Source: Candidatus Multivorans sp.
Lineage (GTDB): Bacteria; Acidobacteriota; Thermoanaerobaculia; Multivoradales; Multivoraceae
Direction: 5' to 3'
Length of the DNA stretch: 64,000 nt
Assembly (NCBI GenBank): GCA_965224025.1
Contig: OZ245033.1
Span: 4,736,001 to 4,800,000 of the forward strand
The position numbers and the translations under genes were made by a program. Under the pieces are notes generated by a model. That model ran no database searches. It was not told the origin of the DNA and saw nothing but the letters and a program-made list of their open reading frames with translations. Positions 45,405 through 55,326 of this stretch are shown here, one piece after another (positions within the stretch are counted from its first letter, which is position 1; each line of letters starts with the position of its first letter).

Positions 45405-45965
45405 GTGAGCCTCGGTATCGACCCGGTCGTCCAGCTCGGCGTGCGCGTCCTGCTCACGCTGCTGTTTCTCGGCACCGCCGTGCACAAGCTGCGCGACCCG
45501 CGGACGACCGCGGCGATCACGTCCCGCTACCTGCGGAGTTTCGGCCTGCCTCGATCACCCGTACTCGCCGCCTTCGTGACCACGGTCCTGATCGCCGCCG
45601 AGTTCGTCGCCGCGGGGCTTTGCGCGGTCTATCCCTCGGGGGTGGCCGCCGCCGGCCTGGTTGCGGGGCTACTCGGCGTTTACGCACTGGGCATGACCGT
45701 GAGCGTCGCGCGCGGAATCGCACCCGAAGACTGTGGCTGCTCGTGGGCCGGCACGACCGGGCAGCCCGCGGGCTGGGCTCTCGTGTGCCGGAATCTCGTT
45801 CTGATCGCCGTTGCCCTGCTGCTGGCGCTGTCGGCGGCCGCGCGGCCGCTCAAGTTCGCCGACTACGCCGGCGCCTTCTCGCTCGGCGTCTTCGCCATCG
45901 CCATGTACGCTACCGCGGACGTGCTCATCGCCAATCACGGTCTGCTCCGGGAGCAAGCGTCGTGA
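45405..45965 (+). CDS. mauE: MauE-family membrane protein
   Basis: AVHKLRD, RG..DCGC and RNLVL motifs; cluster position. Confidence 0.85.
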   Translation: MSLGIDPVVQLGVRVLLTLLFLGTAVHKLRDPRTTAAITSRYLRSFGLPRSPVLAAFVTTVLIAAEFVAAGLCAVYPSGVAAAGLVAGLLGVYALGMTVSVARGIAPEDCGCSWAGTTGQPAGWALVCRNLVLIAVALLLALSAAARPLKFADYAGAFSLGVFAIAMYATADVLIANHGLLREQAS

Positions 45966-46600
45966 CGACTTCCGTCGGCATCCTGTTCGCGATCATGGGC
46001 TTCGCGATTCTCTGTCTGGCCGTGCTGACCTTCGCGCTCGCGCGCCAGATCGGCGTGATCCACCAGCGGATCGGTCCGGTCGGCGCGCTGGCCCTGAGCA
46101 AGACGGTGCGCGTCGGCGAGAAGTCGCCGGAGTTCCGGCTCGACGCCCTGGACGGCGAAGCGGTCGTCCTGGGCGCTCCCGATCCGGATGGCAAGAGCAC
46201 GTTGATCACGTTCCTGACGCCCAAGTGTCCCGTGTGCGCCCAGCTCCTTCCGGCGCTCCGATCCATCGCGCGGGAGGAGTCGAACTGGCTGCGACTCGTT
46301 TTCGCGAGCGACGGTGACCCGGCGCAGCACGCTGAGTTTCGAACCAGGAGCCGGCTCGACGACTTCGCCTACGTGCTCTCGCCGGAACTCGGCATGACGT
46401 ATGAGATCGGCAAGCTCCCCTACGGCGTGCTGCTCGACGAGAACGGGTTCGTCGCGGCGCAAGGGCTCACGAACAGCAGGGAGCACGTGGAGAGCCTGTT
46501 CGAGGCGAAGCGGCTGGGCGTCAGTTCAATCCAGGAGTTTCTCGAGCACCAGGAAAAAGGCCGGGTGCTCATTGCAGGGGGTTCACAACAACCATCGTGA
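45962..46600 (+). CDS. mauD: MauD thioredoxin-like accessory protein
   Basis: LARQIGVIHQRIGPVGAL, CPVC, ASDG, KLPYGVLLD, GLTNSREHVESLFEA. Confidence 0.92.
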   Translation: MTTSVGILFAIMGFAILCLAVLTFALARQIGVIHQRIGPVGALALSKTVRVGEKSPEFRLDALDGEAVVLGAPDPDGKSTLITFLTPKCPVCAQLLPALRSIAREESNWLRLVFASDGDPAQHAEFRTRSRLDDFAYVLSPELGMTYEIGKLPYGVLLDENGFVAAQGLTNSREHVESLFEAKRLGVSSIQEFLEHQEKGRVLIAGGSQQPS

Positions 46601-46608
46601 GGTTTGCC

Positions 46609-47127
46609 ATGAACTGGTTCGACAACATTTCGATTCGGGCGGCGACCCGTCTGGCCGACAGGACCTCCCGGCGATCGGTGCTGGGTTCCATCGGTAGCGC
46701 CATCGCCGGCGGCGTTCTGCTGCCGCTGCTGCCGGTGGACCGGACCTTCGCGCAGGAAGCCGCGGACGACGCGGCCGAACCCATGCAGGATCCCATGCAG
46801 TGCGACTACTGGGCGTACTGCTCGGTCGACGGCTGGCTCTGCGGATGCTGCGGCGGTTCAACGAACTCCTGTCCACCGGGGTCCAAGGCGGCGCCCATCA
46901 CCTGGACGGGCACCTGCCTGAATCCTGCCGACGGCAAGAGCTACGTCGTCGCCTACCACGACTGCTGCGGCGCCTTCCCCTGCCAGCGCTGCTACTGCAA
47001 CACGAACGAGGGCGACACCGCGCGCTATCACCCCCAGCGTTCGAACTCCGTCCTCTGGTGCGGGAACGGCGGCGCTCCGTTCGGCTACCACTGCACGATG
47101 TCCCGTATTCTCTCCGTCGCCGAATAG
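46609..47127 (+). CDS. mauA: TTQ amine dehydrogenase small subunit
   Basis: Tat SRRSVL; CDYWAYCSVDGWLCGCCGG, CPPG, TWTGTC, YHDCCG, VLWC, YHCT; both TTQ tryptophans present. Confidence 0.92.
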   Translation: MNWFDNISIRAATRLADRTSRRSVLGSIGSAIAGGVLLPLLPVDRTFAQEAADDAAEPMQDPMQCDYWAYCSVDGWLCGCCGGSTNSCPPGSKAAPITWTGTCLNPADGKSYVVAYHDCCGAFPCQRCYCNTNEGDTARYHPQRSNSVLWCGNGGAPFGYHCTMSRILSVAE

Positions 47128-47140
47128 GACTCCCCCACTC

Positions 47141-47611
47141 GTGCGTTCCGAGGTACACCGCGAAGTGCATCGCCCGCTCGTTCTGCTCACGATCCTCGTC
47201 GTGTGCGCGAGCGCGGCCGCGGCCGGAGCCGAGGCGGACGACGCGGACACCTACCGTCTCGCTCACCTCGACTACATGCTGCACTGCCAGGGCTGTCACA
47301 TGGCCGACGGCTCCGGCGTGGAAGGCACGGTCCCTCCCCTGCCCGGCGAGGTGGGCAAGTTCATCTCCAGCCCGGAGTGGCGCGACTATCTCGTCCAGGT
47401 GCCCGGCGCCTCCCAGGCCCTGATCGACGACGAGGCCCTGGCCAGGTTGATGAACTGGATCGTCAGGCGCTTCGATCCCGAGAACGCAAAGGACCTGAAG
47501 CCCTACGAGGGGGACGAAGTGGGGCGACTGCGCCGTCAACCCGTAACCAACCCGACCGAAGTGCGCCGGCGAATCATCGAGGACATCCAGGGCTCGACTT
47601 CCGAGGACTAA
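47141..47611 (+). CDS. Monoheme cytochrome c
   Basis: Signal peptide, YMLHCQGCH, YLVQVPG. Confidence 0.85.
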   Translation: MRSEVHREVHRPLVLLTILVVCASAAAAGAEADDADTYRLAHLDYMLHCQGCHMADGSGVEGTVPPLPGEVGKFISSPEWRDYLVQVPGASQALIDDEALARLMNWIVRRFDPENAKDLKPYEGDEVGRLRRQPVTNPTEVRRRIIEDIQGSTSED

Positions 47612-47616
47612 CGCCG

Positions 47617-48150
47617 CTACCTCCGCACCCGGGGTCCTTCCGGCGCAACCTCCTCGAAGCGTTTGATCCCGCCGGCCTCGTCGTGGCGCCCCAACTGTTC
47701 GAGCGTCTGAGCGAGTTCGAACAGGAGGACGTCCTCCGGCAGGTGGCTCTCACCACTCTCCACCAGGCCCTCGAGTCTGCCAGCCAACTCCTCGAGCCGG
47801 CCTTCTTCGCGGTCCAGGTAGATCAGGTTCATCTCGGCGTCCGCCGCGAACTCGCCCGGGCCGCCCTCGGCCAGCCTCACCCAGAGCGTGCGGGCCTCCG
47901 CGAACCTGCCGTTCGCGGCCTCCAGTTCAGCGAGATGGCCGTGCGCGGTCCACGCCGCCGAACTGCCGCGATAGTCCTCGATCAGGCGTTCGAAGCGCCG
48001 CCTGGTTTCCTGCATCCGGCCCGGTATCCGGCTTGTCACCAGGGCGTCGGCGAGGGCCGCCTGCGCGCGATTGTCACGAACCGCGCGGCCTACCAGCACC
48101 CCCCCGGCCGTCAGCACGACCAGGACCAGGACCAGGACCACGCTCCGCAT
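47617..48150 (-). CDS. Membrane-anchored TPR (YfgM-like) protein
   Basis: N-terminal transmembrane helix followed by helical repeats; start uncertain. Confidence 0.55.
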   Translation of the reverse strand: MRSVVLVLVLVVLTAGGVLVGRAVRDNRAQAALADALVTSRIPGRMQETRRRFERLIEDYRGSSAAWTAHGHLAELEAANGRFAEARTLWVRLAEGGPGEFAADAEMNLIYLDREEGRLEELAGRLEGLVESGESHLPEDVLLFELAQTLEQLGRHDEAGGIKRFEEVAPEGPRVRR

Positions 48151-48259
48151 CCGCCAGCGCCGCCGCCGCGCTCTCGCCCTTGATCGCATCGTTCTTCCTC
48201 GGCACACGTAAGCTGACGGTCTGGTCGTAACTATAGTGTCAAGGAGTAGAGAACCCCGC

Positions 48260-49939
48260 ATGGAGAACGCAAGGCAAGTCCAGAGGCTGCAGCAGCCCGC
48301 CTGGTGGTTGCCCGCCTCCTTCACTCTCCTGCTGCTTCTGTTCGCCCTGCTGCCGCAGTTCCGCGCAAGCCCCGAGCTGACCTGGTCGATCTGGGGAGCC
48401 TGTGCCGCGCTCGCGGTTCTGCAAGCGCGCCTGCTGGTCAACTCCGGGGAGGGCGGCCGCGAACTGAAACTGAAGGTCTCTCTCATTCCCTCGCACTACG
48501 TGCAGGCGTTTGTCCAGACCTGCATCTACGTCTACTGGGGCCTGTACTGGGAGCAGATGCGACACCAGGCGGCGCTGATCCTCGCGCAGATCGTCTTTGC
48601 CTACGCCTTCGACATGCTCGTCAGTTGGTCGAGGCGCAACACCTGGCACCTGGGTTTCGGGCAGTTTCCGATCATTCTGAGTACGAACTTCTTCCTCTGC
48701 TTCAAGCAGGAGTGGTTCTACCTGCAGTTCGCGATGATCGCCGTCGGCATCCTCGGCAAGGAGTACTTCCGCTGGAACCGGGACGGCCGCAAACGGCACA
48801 TCTTCAATCCGTCGGGCTTCGCCCTGTCGGTCTTCTCGCTGGGCCTGATCCTCTCCGGGACGACGGACCTCACCTGGGGAGCCCAGATCGCGACCACCCT
48901 GGCCAACGCGCCCCACATGTTTGTCGCGATCTTCCTGGCCGGTCTGGTCGTCCAGTTCTTCTTCTCCGTGACGATCGTGACGCTGTTCGCGGCAGCCGCC
49001 CTGGTGGTGGCGAACCTGGTCTACTCCAGCTTCACGGGCGTCCACTTCTTCGTCGACGCCAGCATTCCGATCGCCGTCTTCCTCGGTCTTCACCTGCTCG
49101 TCACCGATCCGTCGACGTCTCCGCGCAGCAGGTTGGGAAGCGCGGTCTTCGGAGCGCTCTACGGCCTCAGCGTCTTCGGCCTCTTCGAGTTCCTCCGCCA
49201 GGTCGACGTCCCGCTCTTCTACGACAAGCTTCTGTTCGTGCCGGTGCTCAACCTCTGCGTGCCGCTGCTGGACCGGCTCGGGAAGTCGCGCCGGGTGGAA
49301 GGTCTTCGCCTCTCGGTGCTGCTCCAGGCGACCAGGCCGCGCCGCGTGAACTACGCCTTCATGGCCGTCTGGATCGGGCTCTTCGGCTGGATGCTGGCCT
49401 CGAACTTCGTGGGCCGCGCCCACGAAGGCGACGACTTCCGCTACTGGCAGAAAGCGTGCGACGAAGGCAAGCGTTTCGCCTGCGAGAACCTGGTCACGAA
49501 ACTCCAACTCACCTGCAACAGCGGCGGCGGCGAGGAGTGCAACATGCTGGGAGTGCTGTTCAATCGGGGAGAGGTGGTGCCGCTCGACCCACTGGAGGGC
49601 GTCTCCTACTTCGACCAGGCCTGTCGCGGCGGTTTTCACAAGGGTTGCCAGAACGTCGTCATCCAGGCCTTCTTCGACGGCACCGTGACGGTCGCTTCCG
49701 GCGGAGTTTCCGATGCGATCGCGCAGCTTCCGAGCGGCTGCGAAGACGGCGAGAGCATGAGCTGTTTCCTGCTCGGCTACGCCCACGTGCACGGGCACGG
49801 CGTACCGAAGGATGTCCCCCTGGCCCAGGACCTCCTCTCCACCGCGTGCAACCTGGGCGAAGCCGCGGCCTGCGCGGAACTGGAAAAGGGGCTGGGGACC
49901 CTCTTCTTCCCGCCCGGCAGCAGGCCGAACGACCCGTAG
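48260..49939 (+). CDS. RnfD/NqrB-like membrane protein with C-terminal Sel1-like repeats
   Basis: Many transmembrane helices with HIFNPS and TDPSTSP; Cys-rich AC..G...C repeats. Confidence 0.7.
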   Translation: MENARQVQRLQQPAWWLPASFTLLLLLFALLPQFRASPELTWSIWGACAALAVLQARLLVNSGEGGRELKLKVSLIPSHYVQAFVQTCIYVYWGLYWEQMRHQAALILAQIVFAYAFDMLVSWSRRNTWHLGFGQFPIILSTNFFLCFKQEWFYLQFAMIAVGILGKEYFRWNRDGRKRHIFNPSGFALSVFSLGLILSGTTDLTWGAQIATTLANAPHMFVAIFLAGLVVQFFFSVTIVTLFAAAALVVANLVYSSFTGVHFFVDASIPIAVFLGLHLLVTDPSTSPRSRLGSAVFGALYGLSVFGLFEFLRQVDVPLFYDKLLFVPVLNLCVPLLDRLGKSRRVEGLRLSVLLQATRPRRVNYAFMAVWIGLFGWMLASNFVGRAHEGDDFRYWQKACDEGKRFACENLVTKLQLTCNSGGGEECNMLGVLFNRGEVVPLDPLEGVSYFDQACRGGFHKGCQNVVIQAFFDGTVTVASGGVSDAIAQLPSGCEDGESMSCFLLGYAHVHGHGVPKDVPLAQDLLSTACNLGEAAACAELEKGLGTLFFPPGSRPNDP

Positions 49940-50002
49940 CGAGAGCTGCTCGATCAGCGGAAACTGCGCGCAAACTCCGCCGACACGATAACTTCGGCCG
50001 CC

Positions 50003-50650
50003 ATGATTCACTACCGCCCGATGACGATGTCCGACCTCGGCAACGTCCCCATCGACTGCCAGGGAACGGAGGCCGCAGTCGGCAGCCGAATCGCCGACCT
50101 CGGAGCGAGCGCGATCCTCGCCTTCGACGGCGAACAGCACGTAGGCCAACTCCAGTTCCGCCGCTACGACCAGGCACTACGTTCCCCCGACGGCATCATG
50201 GATCCGTCCTACTGGGGCGACTTCCAACAGGCCGACGCCCCGTCCTTGCCGGAGGAAACTCTCAACCTGTTCTGCTACCACGTCGGCCAGTTGGCGAACG
50301 GTAACGCCCGCGACCCCCACTACCACGGACGAGGCATCGGCGTGGCGCTTCTCAGGGAGTTCCTGCGCTGGGGCGACGAAACCGGCGTCGAGGCCACCGT
50401 CGCGAAGGCTCTGCCGCCCTTCCGTCCCCTGGGTGTACTCATGGGTGGCCACCCGGCCTCGGTCTACGAGGACCACGGGTTCGAGGTCGCCGCCCGCTGG
50501 TGCGACCGCGACCTGCGCGATCGGCTTCCCAACGTTCTCGCCGGCGAACATGGTGACGGCGTCGCAAGAGAGCTGCGGGACCTCCACGATCATGGGCCCA
50601 CTCTCGACGCGCTTGCCGAAGTGGCGATGGTCGTACGGCGGCGCCCGTAG
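50003..50650 (+). CDS. GNAT-family acetyltransferase-like protein
   Basis: YHGRGIGVALL and VYEDHGF motifs. Confidence 0.7.
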   Translation: MIHYRPMTMSDLGNVPIDCQGTEAAVGSRIADLGASAILAFDGEQHVGQLQFRRYDQALRSPDGIMDPSYWGDFQQADAPSLPEETLNLFCYHVGQLANGNARDPHYHGRGIGVALLREFLRWGDETGVEATVAKALPPFRPLGVLMGGHPASVYEDHGFEVAARWCDRDLRDRLPNVLAGEHGDGVARELRDLHDHGPTLDALAEVAMVVRRRP

Positions 50651-50726
50651 ACACCGGCCAACGTCGTCCGAAGTCCTGCTAGGCTCTGACCCCTTCGAGT
50701 CACCAGCATCTGTCGGGCCCACGGCC

Positions 50727-52466
50727 GTGTCTCTCCCTCCCGATCGCCGCTCCCACGCCTTCGGCCCCTACCTGCTCGATGTCGGGCAACGGCGGCTACT
50801 GCGCAACGGGAAAACCGTGCCGCTCCGGCCGAAGATCTTCGACACCCTGCAAGTACTGGTCGAGAACCATGACCGCCTCCTCTCCAAGGAGGAACTGATG
50901 GTGATGGTCTGGCCCGACGCGGAAGTGGATGAGAGCAACCTCGCGCACAACCTCTCCGTGCTCCGGAAGATCCTGGGACAGAACGAGAAGACGAAGTACA
51001 TCGCTACTCTTCCGGGTCGCGGCTACCGCTTCGTTGTGCCGGTAGAAGCTGCTTTGGACGGCTCGATCGCGGTCCGGCCCTTCTCCAACATGAGCCCGGA
51101 CCCTGAGCAGGACTTCTTCTGCGACGGCGTGGCGGAAGAACTCATCGACGCACTGGCAAGCGTCGACGGGCTCCGGGTCGTCGGCAGAACGTCGTCCTTC
51201 GACCACCGGCTGAGGGACCGCAGCAGCCCGGACGTTGGCCACAAGCTGGGCGTGTCGGCCATCCTGGAGGGCAGCGTGCGGAAGGCGGGCGAGCGCCTTC
51301 GGATCTCGGCACACCTGATCCGGACATCAGACGGCACCCAGCTCTGGTCCGAGCACTATGACCGGGAACTCGGGGATGTCTTCGAGATCCAGGAGGACAT
51401 CGCGCAGGCGATCGTCGACCGTTTGCGATGGAAGCTCCTGGGACCGCATACCGGTCCCGTTGTCAAGCGTCCGACGGAGAGTCAGGAGGTGTACCAGCTC
51501 TATCTGGAGGCGCGGTACCACCTGGGCACTCAAAAGGGCGACCGCCTGAAGCAGGCGATCGCACTCCTGGACAGGGCACTCGAAATGCAGCCGGACTTCG
51601 CGCAGGGTCATGCCGTGCTCGCTCTCTGCTATGGGGTGCTCGCAGTGGACGGGTTCCTGAAGGTCGAAGAGGCGGCGGCAAAGGCCGAGGAAGCGGTGAA
51701 CAGGGCGTTGGAACTCAACGATACGACCGCCATCGCCTACCGGGCATGCGGTCTTCTGCGCGCCGCGCTCCAATGGGACTGGCCGGCGGCGCAGCGGGCG
51801 TACCTGCGCGCGCTGCAACTCGACCCCGGGAACCCCAACGCCCGGTTCTCCTACGGGCATTACTTCCTGGCGCCGGTAGGCCGCCTGGACGAAGCGGAAC
51901 AGGAACTGAGGGCCGCCACGCATCTGGATCCCCTCGCCCCGATGCTGCGTCGAAGTCTGTCTTTCGTCTACTACCTGTCCCGTCGCTACGAGGAGGCGCT
52001 CGCCGAGGCTCGGCGAACGCTCGCCATCGATAGCACCTACCCGGCGACCCGATCGCTGGCGGCAGCTTGCTACATGGCCATGGACCGCCCGGAAGAAGCG
52101 GTCCGTGAGCGCCAGATCTATCTCCGCAACGCCGGTCGTCCGAATGACGCCGACACGATCGGAAGCACCTTCGAGAAGGAGGGCGAGCCGGGAGTCCTGC
52201 GCTGGACCGCGGCGCGTCTATTGAAGCCGGTCGCCGGCCAGAATGCTCACTACGACTCGCTGGCGATCCTGTACGCCTGGCTGGGCGAACGGGAAGCGGC
52301 TCTGCGCTGGCTCGAAGAAGCGATCAGGGTCAGGCGCGGAGTCGCCATGTGGGCGAAGGTGCATCCCGCGTTCGACGAGCTACGCTCGGAGTCGAGTTTC
52401 CACGAACTGCTCGATCGCATGGGGGTCACCGATCCCAGCGTCGCGACGCCCGGCGCCGCCGGGTAG
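50727..52466 (+). CDS. Winged-helix (CadC/OmpR-type) regulator with TolB-like and TPR domains
   Basis: LRPKIFDTL, VWPD, LRKIL, LPGRGYRF, IAVRPF.N, GRTSSF, LEGSVR, TPR repeats. Confidence 0.88.
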   Translation: MSLPPDRRSHAFGPYLLDVGQRRLLRNGKTVPLRPKIFDTLQVLVENHDRLLSKEELMVMVWPDAEVDESNLAHNLSVLRKILGQNEKTKYIATLPGRGYRFVVPVEAALDGSIAVRPFSNMSPDPEQDFFCDGVAEELIDALASVDGLRVVGRTSSFDHRLRDRSSPDVGHKLGVSAILEGSVRKAGERLRISAHLIRTSDGTQLWSEHYDRELGDVFEIQEDIAQAIVDRLRWKLLGPHTGPVVKRPTESQEVYQLYLEARYHLGTQKGDRLKQAIALLDRALEMQPDFAQGHAVLALCYGVLAVDGFLKVEEAAAKAEEAVNRALELNDTTAIAYRACGLLRAALQWDWPAAQRAYLRALQLDPGNPNARFSYGHYFLAPVGRLDEAEQELRAATHLDPLAPMLRRSLSFVYYLSRRYEEALAEARRTLAIDSTYPATRSLAAACYMAMDRPEEAVRERQIYLRNAGRPNDADTIGSTFEKEGEPGVLRWTAARLLKPVAGQNAHYDSLAILYAWLGEREAALRWLEEAIRVRRGVAMWAKVHPAFDELRSESSFHELLDRMGVTDPSVATPGAAG

Positions 52467-52514
52467 TCACGCACGCGGCAGCGGGCCGAACCGCAGGATC
52501 CGCAGGCTCTAGAA

Positions 52515-53144
52515 CTAGAAATCGAGCGACATCCGCATCTCCATGGGTATGCCGTTCTGGTGCGGTATGGGCGCCACCGTTTCGGTCAGGCACTCCATTC
52601 CCAGGGAGTTGTAGAAGCCGACCGCCGGTGTACCCGAAAGAACGTCGAGATGCACGCCGCGGAGCCCGGCGCTCTTTGAGTCGTCGATCGCCCTGTGCAT
52701 CAACTGCTTGCCGATCCCCTCACCGCGACGCGACTCCACGACGGCGAGCGCGTGAACGTAGTAGACCGCCGACGGAATCGCGACGTTCAGGTAGCTGGCC
52801 AGATAGGCGGCCCGTCCGATCTCGCCGAGCTGCTTCCCCGTGACCCGGCCCGACTCGATCAGAGGCGCCCAAAGGGGTCCCAGCGTCTTCTTGCGCGTGG
52901 CGAACTCCGGGCCGCGAAAGCCGATCTCGATCGCGAGGAGTTCGTCGCCTTCGACCGCGATCGTCGTGCAGTCATAGCCGAACAACGTGCCCGCTACCGG
53001 CCACGAGGCCTTGACGATCTCGTCGTAGTACTCCCGGCCGCCGAACTGGTACTCGTATGTCGTCGGACCGGTCTCGTAGACGAGGTCTGCGACTTCGTCC
53101 GCCCACTGCCGCGCATGTGCCTCGGTTGCCTGCATGATCTCCAT
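52515..53144 (-). CDS. GNAT-family acetyltransferase
   Basis: LAV..RRGEGIGKQL, LDV...PAVGFYNSLG. Confidence 0.8.
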   Translation of the reverse strand: MEIMQATEAHARQWADEVADLVYETGPTTYEYQFGGREYYDEIVKASWPVAGTLFGYDCTTIAVEGDELLAIEIGFRGPEFATRKKTLGPLWAPLIESGRVTGKQLGEIGRAAYLASYLNVAIPSAVYYVHALAVVESRRGEGIGKQLMHRAIDDSKSAGLRGVHLDVLSGTPAVGFYNSLGMECLTETVAPIPHQNGIPMEMRMSLDF

Positions 53145-53234
53145 TGCTGCGCTCCTTTCCCTGGTTGTCAGGTCTCGGTGGATGAGAACACGATCGCTTC
53201 GGCCTGTCGTGCGCCGCCGGCGGTAGCGCCGCCG

Positions 53235-54968
53235 CTACTCCTGGCCATGGATGCGCCTGGAGTCGAAATCCATCCAGGTGACGAGCCACTTGCCGTCGCG
53301 CTTGTTCACCAGCATCTCGAGTCCGAAGTCCAGCCCGGTGGAGGTGATCCACCGGGTTCCGGTGACCTTTGCCGTGCCGTTCTCCCACTCGACCACCATC
53401 TCGTCGCTCGGCGTCTCGCTGCCGGCGGTCGAACCGAGGTAGTCACGGAAGACATCCTTGTCGGCGCCGCTGTAGGACCTGAAGTCCTCGCCCAGATAAG
53501 TCCACATGAGGTCCATGTCGCCCGCCGCCATGGCCTTCAGCATCGCGCGAACCGCCACCTTGACGGCCTCGGTGTCCTCCTTGCCGCCGGCGGCCTTGTC
53601 AGCCAGGGCAGGGCTCGTCGCGGCGGGTTGGTCCCCTGCCTCCGTGACTCGCGTCGCGGCCAGATCGAAAGCCGCCAGGTGCTCCTCGTCCTTCACGTAG
53701 ACCCGGGACCCCGAGAGCGCCACATGGGACCACGTCGTGCTGTCGGCCACTTCCCAGGAAGCCAGTTCCCTGTACCCGGACGGATCCGCCGCGATCACCT
53801 TGAGTTCTGCTTCGTCCGTTAGCACGAGGAGGCGGTCGTCGACCGCGATCACCGACGCGTAGGCCGCCCAGCGGCCGGGCCCCTGCCAGACGATTTCCCC
53901 GGTGGCGGGGTCGAGACAGACGAAGGTGCCGGCCCTCTTGTTCGAGCGGAAGTACAAGTGGTCGCCGACCAGCACCGGAGAGTCCATGTAGAGCTCCGCG
54001 TCGGTCGTCTTCCAGACCTCGCTCACGGCCCAGGCCGCGGCGGGCTTGGCCGGCGGTTCGACCTTGATCGCCGCGGTCCCCCACTGGTAGCCCGAGAGGA
54101 TGAAGTTGCCGTCGTAGCGGAGCGTGGTTGGCGTGTTCTGCTGGAAGGCCGTCGTGAAGGGGAGCGACCACAGCGGATCGCCGTCCGTGGCCCCGACGCC
54201 GAAGAAGGACACGTCGTCCAGGGTCACGATCTGCCGAACGCCGCGGTGGTCGAACGCCACGGGCGAGGCGTACGCGGGCGGCCCGTCGACGCGCCACACT
54301 TCCTCGCCGGTCTTCTTGTCGTAGGCGACCAGCGCGCCCTCGTCGCCCTGCTGCTCGTTGCCCGTGGTGCCGATCGGCACGATCAGCAGACCGCCCTCGA
54401 TCAATGGCGACGAGGCGGTTCCCCAGATCGGGTACGGCTCGGTGTAGAGGTCGTCGAAGGTCTTCTGCCAACGCACTTCGCCGGAGTCGGCGTCCAGGGC
54501 CAGGAGGCGTTCCCGGATGCCGAAGCTGTAGACCGAGTCCCCTTCCGCCAGCATGGTCGACTTCGGACCCGGGCCGTACTGGATGGCCGCGGTTCTCGGC
54601 GCATAGGAAACAGCGTAGCTGTGCCGCCACAATTCCTCGCCGCTCGAAGCCGAAAGGGCGAGCACGACTTCCTCTTCGCCCTGCCGCGCGTGCACGAAGA
54701 CGCGGTCGCCGACCACGATGGGCGAAGACTGACCGCCGCCGACACGGACCTTCCAGAGCTGATGGAGAGCCGCGGGAAGCTCGGCAGGGAGTTGGCCTCC
54801 AACCGCCTGTCCGTCCCGATTCGGCCCCCGCCACTGCGGCCAGTCGGAACCGTGTACGGCAGAGCCGAACGTCATCGCGCCTAGAACGAGCAGCGTGGCC
54901 GCCCCTCTTCCGATCGGCCAGCGTCCTCCTCTCGGCTCGAACCGTCCCGATTGCGGTGCTCCGGCCAT
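53235..54968 (-). CDS. PQQ-like beta-propeller protein with C-terminal NTF2-like domain
   Basis: DWPQWRGPNRDG, SSPIV, repeated D..TG...W motifs. Confidence 0.85.
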   Translation of the reverse strand: MAGAPQSGRFEPRGGRWPIGRGAATLLVLGAMTFGSAVHGSDWPQWRGPNRDGQAVGGQLPAELPAALHQLWKVRVGGGQSSPIVVGDRVFVHARQGEEEVVLALSASSGEELWRHSYAVSYAPRTAAIQYGPGPKSTMLAEGDSVYSFGIRERLLALDADSGEVRWQKTFDDLYTEPYPIWGTASSPLIEGGLLIVPIGTTGNEQQGDEGALVAYDKKTGEEVWRVDGPPAYASPVAFDHRGVRQIVTLDDVSFFGVGATDGDPLWSLPFTTAFQQNTPTTLRYDGNFILSGYQWGTAAIKVEPPAKPAAAWAVSEVWKTTDAELYMDSPVLVGDHLYFRSNKRAGTFVCLDPATGEIVWQGPGRWAAYASVIAVDDRLLVLTDEAELKVIAADPSGYRELASWEVADSTTWSHVALSGSRVYVKDEEHLAAFDLAATRVTEAGDQPAATSPALADKAAGGKEDTEAVKVAVRAMLKAMAAGDMDLMWTYLGEDFRSYSGADKDVFRDYLGSTAGSETPSDEMVVEWENGTAKVTGTRWITSTGLDFGLEMLVNKRDGKWLVTWMDFDSRRIHGQE

Positions 54969-55122
54969 GATCCGTCCCTCCCGTCCTATGTCCTGGGTCG
55001 CTACACGTTGTCCGAGTCCGTCCCGCGGCGTCAAGGGACTTTCCTTAGCTCACCTTAGAGAACTTTTGCACACCGCTGCCCGCCGCCTGCGCCTGACCCC
55101 GGGCCGGCCGCCACCGCACTCC

Positions 55123-55194
55123 GCCATCCGTGCGCCCGATGACGGGCGCCCGGACCGGTTCGCGGTTGGCGCGGCGGACGCGCCAACCGGGTTC
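55123..55194 (+). repeat. Two-hairpin dispersed repeat, copy 4
   Basis: GCCATCCGTGCGCCCGATGACGGGCGCCCGGACCGGTTCGCGGTTGGCGCG..CGCGCCAACCGGGTTC. Confidence 0.9.
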
Positions 55195-55326
55195 CTGTTC
55201 GCCCAGGCCCACACGCGCAGGACCCAAAGCTGCTAAGGTACGCGCTTCGTGCGTCCGCCAGCCAGGCCGGCCGGCGCACGAACCGCAAGACAGCCAGCAT
55301 CAGCAACGCGAGGGAAGACGGAAGAT

